A stretch of 64,000 bases of DNA from an uncultured Gammaproteobacteria bacterium (GTDB lineage: Bacteria; Pseudomonadota; Gammaproteobacteria; JASBUN01). The notes under the pieces are model-generated. The model searched no databases, was not told where the DNA came from, and saw only the letters and a program-made list of their open reading frames with translations. Below, one piece after another: positions 56,684 to 64,000 of the stretch; positions within the stretch are counted from its first letter, which is position 1, and every line of letters starts with the position of its first letter. The translations under genes and the position numbers were made by a program. Location: contig CAWKIK010000003.1 of NCBI GenBank assembly GCA_963849825.1, positions 252,787-316,786 of the forward strand, read 5' to 3'.

Positions 56684-57646
56684 TCACACCCCGGGCATGC
56701 GCTGGCACGCCCAGGGCAATTGCGACAAATCGACGTTTCCGCCGCTCAATACAACCGCGATCCGTTTACCGCGGGCGATTTGCGGATGTTCAATCAATGC
56801 CGCCAGAGGGACCGCGGCCGAAGGCTCGATGACGATTTTCATGCGCTCCCACACCAAGCGCATGGACGCGGCGATACCTGCCTCGCTGGCCGAAACAATA
56901 CGCTCGACGTAGCGCTGGAGGATCGGAAAGGTAAGCGCGCCTACATCCGCCCGCAACCCGTCCGCGATCGTCTGCGGATCGTTCGCGCATACGCGGGTTC
57001 CTTGTTCGAGGGACCGCTTGGCGTCATCCGCTCGCGCGGGTTCGGCGCCCACCAGCGCCACCCGGGGCGCACGGCCCGCCACCGCGACTGCAATCCCGCT
57101 CAACAGGCCTCCGCCACCGACCGGGGCGATCAACAACTCCAGGTCCTGAACCTGTTCGAGAATTTCCATTCCCACAGTGCCCTGCCCCGCAATCACGCGC
57201 GGATCGTCGAATGGGTGCACCAGCGTACCACCGGTTCTCTCGACCACGGCGGTTGCGGTCGACTGGCGGTCGGCCAGACTCGATCCGCACTCGATTACCT
57301 GTGCGCCATAATCGCGCACGGTCTGGCGCTTTACACCGACCGCATTGCGGGGCAGTACGATGTGGGCGGGAATGCCATTGAGTTGCGCAGCCAACGCGAG
57401 CGCCGCGCCATGGTTCCCGGAAGAATGGGTCACCACGCCACGCGCGGCTGTATCGGCGTCGAGGCTCCGCACGGCATTACAAGCGCCACGAAACTTGAAT
57501 GCGCCGCCGCGCTGAAAGTTTTCGCATTTGAAAAACAACTCCGCTTCCAACAAACGGTCGAAATAGCGCGATCGCAGGACCGGTGTGCGATGAATCTGCG
57601 TGCGTATGCGACGATATGCATCTTCGACATCTTCGAATTCGATCAC
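56684..57646 (-). CDS. PLP-dependent serine/threonine dehydratase (serine racemase-like) family
   Basis: KCENFQRGGAFKFRGA, SSGNH, GQGT, PVGGGGL, EPS, SGGN; GTG at 57646 after GAGGGA. Confidence 0.88.
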   Translation of the reverse strand: MIEFEDVEDAYRRIRTQIHRTPVLRSRYFDRLLEAELFFKCENFQRGGAFKFRGACNAVRSLDADTAARGVVTHSSGNHGAALALAAQLNGIPAHIVLPRNAVGVKRQTVRDYGAQVIECGSSLADRQSTATAVVERTGGTLVHPFDDPRVIAGQGTVGMEILEQVQDLELLIAPVGGGGLLSGIAVAVAGRAPRVALVGAEPARADDAKRSLEQGTRVCANDPQTIADGLRADVGALTFPILQRYVERIVSASEAGIAASMRLVWERMKIVIEPSAAVPLAALIEHPQIARGKRIAVVLSGGNVDLSQLPWACQRMPGV

Positions 57647-57928
57647 GGCGGATGTCCCTCGTGTACTTGAAGCTCCGTTCGACGATCGTGATCGCAGGGA
57701 TCGAATCGGCGGTGCTTTGACTCCAGATTGGGTGTTCGACATTCGGGCTCGCAATCAGTCGGGATGATAGCTGGTTGCGAATTGAAAGTCAGTTTGCAGA
57801 AGGGTGGCATGCGCCGTTCATGGAGGCCGGAAACGAGATCCGTTCGATCGTACGCCGGCGCTGGACTGGGTGCTCGAGTTTTGATTTTCCGCTTGGGAAA
57901 GCGCGAAATTTCGTCGACTGCAGAGGGG

Positions 57929-59128
57929 TCAGGTGCGCGCGCCCAGCACATCTTGTACTTGACGGGCGATCGTCAACTCTTCGTTCGCCGCTACCGTCCA
58001 GACGGCGACACGGCTGCAGGGTTGGGACAGTTTCGAAGCAGCCTGTTCGTTCGCTTCCTGATCAAGCTCGATTCCCAACCACTTACTGGCCGCGCATACG
58101 CGCGCGCGGACGGAGGCCGAGTGCTCACCGATGCCGCCGGTGAATACCAGCGCGTCCAAGCCGCCCAAGGCGGCGGCCATGGAACCGATGCCGCGAACCA
58201 GCCGATAGCAGAAAAATTCCACCGCGCGCTCGGCGCGGGGGTCGTTGCTGTCCAATAACACACGCATGTCCGCACTGATTCCGGACACGCCCAACAGGCC
58301 GCAATGATTGTAAAGCAAGTCCGTGAGTGCGGAAGTATCCAAACCGCACTGATCGAGGAGATGCAGGATCGCCCCCGGGTCGATGCTACCGCAGCGCGTT
58401 CCCATCAAAAGCCCATCCAAAGTCGAAAACCCCATGCTGGTGGCGACTGAGCGACCGTCGCGGATCGCGCACAGGCTGGCGCCGTTACCCAAGTGCGCCA
58501 CCACCAATCGCGAAGGTAAGGGAGCGCGGGCAATTCTTGGCAACGCGGAGACTATGTATTCGTAAGACAAACCGTGGAACCCGTAGCGCATCAGTCCCTG
58601 GTCGCGATATACCGCAGGTAACGGCAGCATGCGCGCCACTTCAGGCTGTGTCGTATGGAACGCCGTATCGAAACATGCAACCTGCGGTAATGACGGTGCA
58701 ATTTCGGCGACGGCGCGAATCGCCGCCAAATTATGCGGCTGATGATGAGGCGCCAACGGCGAGAGCCGCTCGAGTTCATCGATCAGCGCCGCATCGACCA
58801 TGGCGGCCTGGGCGCGACTGCCGCCATGCACGATGCGATGTCCGACACCAACCCATTTAAGGCCAAGATCCTGCGACTTGACCCATTCAAGGATATGGTC
58901 GATCGCTGCGCGATGATTTGCGACCGTAGAAGCGTCGAGTTCTTGTTGCCGTTTCGTGCCGTCGCCCAGAGACACTTGAAAGCCGGGTTCGCGTCCGACG
59001 CCGGAAATCTGCCCACGAAATAGCGCATCCACGACAAGCGTCTGTCGACGCAGTGCGAAGGCGGCAAACTTTACGCTGGAAGAACCTGCGTTGAGTACCA
59101 GGACGCCCGGCGTCACAGCAATGTCCAA
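57929..59128 (-). CDS. ackA: Acetate/propionate kinase
   Basis: LNAGSSSVK, GHRIVHGG, FDTAFH, YGFHGLSY, HLGNGAS, FTGGIGE, NEE. Confidence 0.92.
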   Translation of the reverse strand: MDIAVTPGVLVLNAGSSSVKFAAFALRRQTLVVDALFRGQISGVGREPGFQVSLGDGTKRQQELDASTVANHRAAIDHILEWVKSQDLGLKWVGVGHRIVHGGSRAQAAMVDAALIDELERLSPLAPHHQPHNLAAIRAVAEIAPSLPQVACFDTAFHTTQPEVARMLPLPAVYRDQGLMRYGFHGLSYEYIVSALPRIARAPLPSRLVVAHLGNGASLCAIRDGRSVATSMGFSTLDGLLMGTRCGSIDPGAILHLLDQCGLDTSALTDLLYNHCGLLGVSGISADMRVLLDSNDPRAERAVEFFCYRLVRGIGSMAAALGGLDALVFTGGIGEHSASVRARVCAASKWLGIELDQEANEQAASKLSQPCSRVAVWTVAANEELTIARQVQDVLGART

Positions 59129-59143
59129 GATATCAACGGCAAC

Positions 59144-59617
59144 CTAACGCACCACCATGACCGGACAAGAGGCCATGCTGGTGATTTTGTGCGCAACGCT
59201 TCCCAATGCCAGGCCGTGCAACCCTGTCAGACCCCGAGTCCCGATCACAATGAGATCCACGCCTTCGCGCCGAGCCGCGTCATCAATCGCCTTGGCCGCA
59301 TCTCCGAACGCCGCGAGTCGCCTCACCCGCTCGACCTTACGCTCCGTCGCCGTCCGCTCCGCTTCCGAAAGTATCTGGTCGGCCAACTCCTCACCGACCC
59401 GGCGATACATCTTTCGTGCCGTGTCATCAACGCGTCCTTCGAGATCAGCCCGCATGGGACCCAACTCGATTGCGTGAAACAGCACCAATTCGGAGTGGCA
59501 CCGCCGCACCAATTCGAACGCGGCCTCCAGCGCCCGCTCTGCATGAGCCGAACCGTCAACCGCCACCAATACTTTGCGGAAAACGCCGGATGGAGCCGAC
59601 TCTTGTTGCGGATCCAT
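59144..59617 (-). CDS. Universal stress protein
   Basis: KVLVAVDGS, DLIVIGTRG...LGSVA...CPVMVV. Confidence 0.9.
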   Translation of the reverse strand: MDPQQESAPSGVFRKVLVAVDGSAHAERALEAAFELVRRCHSELVLFHAIELGPMRADLEGRVDDTARKMYRRVGEELADQILSEAERTATERKVERVRRLAAFGDAAKAIDDAARREGVDLIVIGTRGLTGLHGLALGSVAHKITSMASCPVMVVR

Positions 59618-59630
59618 CGTGCACCCGTAC

Positions 59631-61376
59631 TCAGACGAACTCTTTATATTTTTCCAAAAACCGCACCGGCGGTCGGAGCGCGTCGCGACGGAACGGCTCG
59701 CCGAGCTCGCGGGTACACATGATCTCGAGCACGGTGGACTTGCCGTCCTCCTGATCCTTACATGCTTTTCGGAATGCATCCCCCACGTCACCAATTTGAT
59801 CCACGGTGATCCCTTGCGCACCCATGGATTCGGCTATTTTCGCAAAGCTCGGGTTGTCGAGATTGCTGCCGACGAAACGGCGTCCGTAGTAGTCCACTTG
59901 ATTCTTCTTTTCCGCGCCCCATTGACGATTGTGGAATACCACAGCCGTGGTCGGGATTCGCTCACGGACACCAGTCAATGTCTCCAACATGCTCATGGCC
60001 CACGCACCGTCGCCGACATATGCCACTGCGGGCCGGTCCGGAGCCGCGACCTTTGCACCGATGATCGTCGGATAAGCGTAGCCGCAGTTTCCGAAACTCA
60101 TGGCCGCGAACATGCTTTTGGGCCGCTTGAAACGCAAGTAGCTGTTGGACACCGAACAGATATTGCCGATGTCGGTGGAAACCATGGCGTTTTCGGGCAT
60201 GGCATTTTCCAGTTCCCGCAGCACCTGCCGCGGGTGCAGAAAATTGCTTTCCTCGCCGACTTCGACGCTCCAGTCATCCTTCTCCTGGGTCCATTGATCC
60301 AATTCGGTTTCCCAAATCTTCTGCTGGCGGGTGATCTCTTCGCGTCGCTTTTCGCTGTTGTCGTCGGCCACCAGCTTCTTGTCGGCCAAGCGCTCCAACA
60401 GGTCGATCGCCACCGCCTTGGCATCGCCGTTGATCCCGACCGCGATTTCCTTGACCAGACCGAGCATGCGTGCATCGATATCCACCTGGATGATCTTCGC
60501 TTTCTTCGGCCAGTAGTCGACTCCGAACTGGGGCAAGGTGCCGAAGGGACCCAGGCGTGTACCCAGGGCCAGCACCACGTCGGCCTGCGAAATCAGATTC
60601 ATGCCCGCCTTGGAGCCCTGATATCCGAGCGCGCCGCACCAAAGGGGATGGCCACACGGGAATGCGTCGTTGTGCAGATAGCTGGTCACGACCGGCGCAC
60701 CGAGCCGCTCGGCCAATGCACGGGTTTCATCTACCCCGTCCGCGGTGACGACGCCGCCCCCGGCCATGATGACCGGGAACTTGGCTTCGGCCAGCAGATC
60801 CGCTGCCTGTCGGAGGCTGCGGTGGCCGCCACTCGGCGCATCGATCCGAATCGGTTTCGGGATCGTCGCGTCGATTTCACCATAGAAGTAATCGCGAGGG
60901 ATGTTGAGCTGCGTCGGCCCGTGTTCAAGTAAAGCCCGATCGAAGGCGCGCGCAGTCAGCTCCGCCATACGCGCCGGGTTGTTCACGTGGGCCTGATATT
61001 TGGTAATGGACTCGAATATCGACAGTTGCTCGGCTTCCTGGAAACCTCCGAGCCCCACTCCCATGGTACCGGTCTCGGGCGTGATCATCACCACGGGGGA
61101 ATGCGCCCAGTAGGCCGCGGCAATCGCGGTAACGAAGTTCGTTATACCCGGACCGTTTTGGCCGATGCATACACCCTGGCGGCCGCTGACACGGGAATAG
61201 CCATCGGCCATGTGCGCAGCACCTTGTTCGTGTACGACGGGGATGAACCGAATACCGGCCGCGGGGAACAAATCCAGTGCGTCCATGTAGGCGGAACCGA
61301 CAATGCCGAATACGTCCGTAACACCCTGCGCCACGAGGGTCTCGACAAACGCTTCGCTCGGAGTCATGCGCGCCAT
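59631..61376 (-). CDS. xsc: Sulfoacetaldehyde acetyltransferase (ThDP-dependent)
   Basis: MTPSEAFVE, FGIVGSAYMD, QNGPGITN, SFGNCGY, GDGAWAMS, WGAEKKNQ, ELGEPFRRDA. Confidence 0.93.
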   Translation of the reverse strand: MARMTPSEAFVETLVAQGVTDVFGIVGSAYMDALDLFPAAGIRFIPVVHEQGAAHMADGYSRVSGRQGVCIGQNGPGITNFVTAIAAAYWAHSPVVMITPETGTMGVGLGGFQEAEQLSIFESITKYQAHVNNPARMAELTARAFDRALLEHGPTQLNIPRDYFYGEIDATIPKPIRIDAPSGGHRSLRQAADLLAEAKFPVIMAGGGVVTADGVDETRALAERLGAPVVTSYLHNDAFPCGHPLWCGALGYQGSKAGMNLISQADVVLALGTRLGPFGTLPQFGVDYWPKKAKIIQVDIDARMLGLVKEIAVGINGDAKAVAIDLLERLADKKLVADDNSEKRREEITRQQKIWETELDQWTQEKDDWSVEVGEESNFLHPRQVLRELENAMPENAMVSTDIGNICSVSNSYLRFKRPKSMFAAMSFGNCGYAYPTIIGAKVAAPDRPAVAYVGDGAWAMSMLETLTGVRERIPTTAVVFHNRQWGAEKKNQVDYYGRRFVGSNLDNPSFAKIAESMGAQGITVDQIGDVGDAFRKACKDQEDGKSTVLEIMCTRELGEPFRRDALRPPVRFLEKYKEFV

Positions 61377-61393
61377 CTTGCAACCTCCTTACA

Positions 61394-62968
61394 TTAAGAA
61401 TTGGATCCGCTCGCTGTTCTGGCCTTGGCCGAAGCGGATTCGGTGGAAAACTGAGCGGCGAGTTTCAAGCGTTGAATCTTGCCTGAAGGGCCCTTTGGCA
61501 AAGATTCCACCTGCATGATTTTTTTCGGTGCTTTGTAAGGCCCCAAACGTTCGCGACAGAACGCTTCAAGCTCCTCGGAAGAGCAAATCATGCCCGGTTT
61601 CAACGCCACACACGCCATGACCTCTTGCCCGTAATGTGGATCGTCCAAAGGAAACGCCGCCGCCTCGAGCACAGCTTCGTGCTGATACAACACGTCGTCG
61701 ATTTCACGCGGTGCGATGTTTTCACCGCCCTTGATGATCAGCTCTTTGATACGGCCGCTGATGAAAAAATAGCCGTCTGCATCGCGATAGGCGAGATCTC
61801 CGGAATGAAGCCAGCCGTCCCGATCAAGGGCCTGGGCCGTCGCCTCCGGATTCTTATAATAGCCCTTGGTGACGTTATCGCCACGCACCAACAGTTCACC
61901 GACCTGACCGTCCGCCGCATCTTTACCCGACTCGTCGACGATTTTGACTTCATTTCCAAACGGAATACCCGGCGAACCGTAACGCGGCGGTACCGGTGGT
62001 AATGGATTGGAAAGAATTTGTGCTGCGGTTTCCGTCAGACCCATGGTCTCGACCATCGAAATGCCAAAACATTCCTCGAATGCGCGGTGAACGGATGGCG
62101 AGAGCGGCGCCGACGCCGACCTGCCGAACCGCAATCTCGCCAGCGTTTCCTTGCTGGGTCGACCGCCGTCCTGTTCCGCGCGTTCCAACAAATAGGAAAT
62201 GATGGTGGGCACGACGCTGAACCACGTACATTGGTAACGGTCGATCAACTGCCAGAACTGGGAAGAACTGTAACGACGCGGCATGACTACACTGCCGTGG
62301 CTGACGAGCGGACCCATCACGGTCACCATCTCGCCGTTGATGTGATAGATAGGCAATACACAAAGCGCACGATCCGCCGCCGTCAAGCCATGGGCCTGGG
62401 TGCAGTTGCGGCCGCCCGCTATGGCGTTTCTATGTGACATCAACACGCCTTTGGGGCGCCCCGTGGTGCCCGAGGTGTAAATCAAAATGCCCACGTCGTC
62501 CGGTTTCGGAGTCGGCAACGCCGAGACTCCGGCTGGTGCCTCGATCCGCGGCCACGCCGGCCCGCTGTCCGTATCGGTATCGATCACGATGAGCCGTTGT
62601 GCGGCCGAGTCGATCAGGGCGCCAAATTTCTCCCGGTATTGTTGCGACACGAACAAAACTTTGGTGTCCGAATGGTCCAATACGTAAGCCAGTGCATCCG
62701 GACCAGACAATGCGTTGAGCGGCACCACAACGCGCCCGCTGTACATGGCGCCAAGAAACAGCACCGTGCTCCAAAGTCCGTTATCGAGCAGGAAGGAAAT
62801 TTTTTCACCAGGGGCGACGCCAAGCGCATGCAGCCGAAGTCCGATGTCCTGGAGCAACTCGCGCAGTTCGCGCACGCGCAATTCCTGACCGGTCTCCGGA
62901 ATGATCAGATAAATCGCATCCGGGTCCGACTCGGCCCACGTATCGATCAACGAACGAATGGTGTCCAT
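61394..62968 (-). CDS. sauT: Acyl-CoA synthetase, probable sulfoacetate--CoA ligase
   Basis: YTSGTTGRPKG, GRSASAPL, ETMGLTE, GDL, LPKGPSGKIQR; lies between sauS-like and xsc (alternative GTG start at 63007). Confidence 0.75.
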   Translation of the reverse strand: MDTIRSLIDTWAESDPDAIYLIIPETGQELRVRELRELLQDIGLRLHALGVAPGEKISFLLDNGLWSTVLFLGAMYSGRVVVPLNALSGPDALAYVLDHSDTKVLFVSQQYREKFGALIDSAAQRLIVIDTDTDSGPAWPRIEAPAGVSALPTPKPDDVGILIYTSGTTGRPKGVLMSHRNAIAGGRNCTQAHGLTAADRALCVLPIYHINGEMVTVMGPLVSHGSVVMPRRYSSSQFWQLIDRYQCTWFSVVPTIISYLLERAEQDGGRPSKETLARLRFGRSASAPLSPSVHRAFEECFGISMVETMGLTETAAQILSNPLPPVPPRYGSPGIPFGNEVKIVDESGKDAADGQVGELLVRGDNVTKGYYKNPEATAQALDRDGWLHSGDLAYRDADGYFFISGRIKELIIKGGENIAPREIDDVLYQHEAVLEAAAFPLDDPHYGQEVMACVALKPGMICSSEELEAFCRERLGPYKAPKKIMQVESLPKGPSGKIQRLKLAAQFSTESASAKARTASGSNS

Positions 62969-63010
62969 GTTCTTTGCCTCAGCCACATCGCTTCCGATAC
63001 GGTCCACGCG

Positions 63011-64000
63011 CTATTGCGGACCCAGCCCGTATTTTGCCCAATGCTTCGCGAAGAGTTCGGACTCCGTCGGTTCGTCCGGGGGTATGGTTCTGGCGATGCG
63101 CGTGATGTTCAAAAAATGGCGATAGTTGAGATTGTCGGAGATGCTGTTGCCGCCCCAGGTTCCACAGCCCATGGAGAGCGAAAACGGCAGCCCATTGTCG
63201 AAGCTGCCTCCGGTGGCGAAGCAATGCGCCTGATTGACGATGACTCGGCACACGGGCAACTCGAGTCCCAGGCGCACGGGCTGGGCGTCGTCGCTCGAGT
63301 ACAGGCCGACCGAATGACCGGCGCCCTTGAACTCGAGAATGCGACGCGCAGTGGCTACAGCAGCGTCGAAATCGGCGACCCGATACACCGCCAACACCGG
63401 CGATAGCTTCTCGTCCGAGAACGGGTGGTCGGGTCCGATTTCGTTTTCCGCCACCAGCAGTAAACGCGCTGCATTGAATTCCGGGCGCACCAGACCCGCG
63501 ATGGAAGCAATGGCCGCAGCGGACTGCGCCACGATCTCCCGATTCAGGTGTCCATCGATCCACATTGATTGCTGCAGACGCTGTTTTTCCTCCACGTCCA
63601 GCAGCACGCCGCCTTGCTCGCGCAACGCCGCCATCAGGCGTTCATACACCGCGTCGAGCACAACCAGGCTGTTCTCCGACGAACAGCTGGTGGCGTTGTC
63701 GAACGTCTTCGATGCGGCAATTTTCTGCGCTGCGGTCTCCAGGTCCGCCGATACGTCGACGATCACGGGAACATTGCCGGCACCGACTCCGATTGCGGGG
63801 GTTCCACTGCGGTATGCGGCGCGGACATTACTCTGCGATCCGGTCGCAACGATCAGATCGACCTGCGCCATCAGTTCCTGGGTGAGCGCCTTGCTGACGG
63901 GCGCGGGAAGATGTTGCACCAGGTCCTCAGGTGCACCGACGCGGCGCAATTCACCGCGCATCAGTTTGACCAATTCCTCGCATACCACCTGCCCTTTGGG
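63011..64000 (-). CDS. sauS: Acylating sulfoacetaldehyde dehydrogenase (5' end outside window)
   Basis: GVGAGN, SKTFDNATSCSSEN, EKLSPVL, SLSMGCGTWG; frame is open to the window edge. Confidence 0.8.
   Translation of the reverse strand, partial: PKGQVVCEELVKLMRGELRRVGAPEDLVQHLPAPVSKALTQELMAQVDLIVATGSQSNVRAAYRSGTPAIGVGAGNVPVIVDVSADLETAAQKIAASKTFDNATSCSSENSLVVLDAVYERLMAALREQGGVLLDVEEKQRLQQSMWIDGHLNREIVAQSAAAIASIAGLVRPEFNAARLLLVAENEIGPDHPFSDEKLSPVLAVYRVADFDAAVATARRILEFKGAGHSVGLYSSDDAQPVRLGLELPVCRVIVNQAHCFATGGSFDNGLPFSLSMGCGTWGGNSISDNLNYRHFLNITRIARTIPPDEPTESELFAKHWAKYGLGPQ

Noticed and set aside
57647-57928. Possible glycine riboswitch upstream of the Ser/Thr dehydratase
   Set aside because: Hairpins are present, but the GGAGA/CCGAAG/CTCTCAGG consensus elements are not

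Overview
GC-rich gammaproteobacterial chromosome segment. SoxW-like, DsrC/TusE-like and SoxK-like genes hint at a sulfur-metabolising lineage (inference). Most of the window is core genome: rpfG/rpfC-like signalling pair, prfC-rimI-udg-leuA-pssA-psd-ilvCHI, proS, btuB/btuF with a cobalamin riboswitch, arsC-wrbA, hda, purMN, LysR-aceA-gltA, dcd-apbC-metG and rnfABCDGE-nth. It ends with an HvfA/bufferin-type MNIO (DUF692) RiPP cluster and a sulfoacetate degradation operon (sauS-sauT-xsc-usp-ackA, truncated at the window end). I saw no tRNA, rRNA, CRISPR or transposase. Most notable observations: (1) a family-4 uracil-DNA glycosylase that sits at the holD position and carries DNA Pol III psi-like N- and C-terminal motifs, so possibly a replisome-tethered UDG; (2) an RpfC-like hybrid kinase with a dead catalytic core but intact REC and HPt domains; (3) TolC plus an anchorless adaptor with no inner-membrane pump, next to SoxW-like and tandem DsrC-like genes; (4) a 423-bp apparently non-coding insert flanked by a 13-bp direct repeat between gltA and dcd; (5) a Leu-rich leader peptide before leuA, missing from the ORF track, and a terminator-containing leader before ilvI; (6) degraded DUF1841 and YqhA genes. 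All family calls come from motif recognition by eye; no database searches were run.
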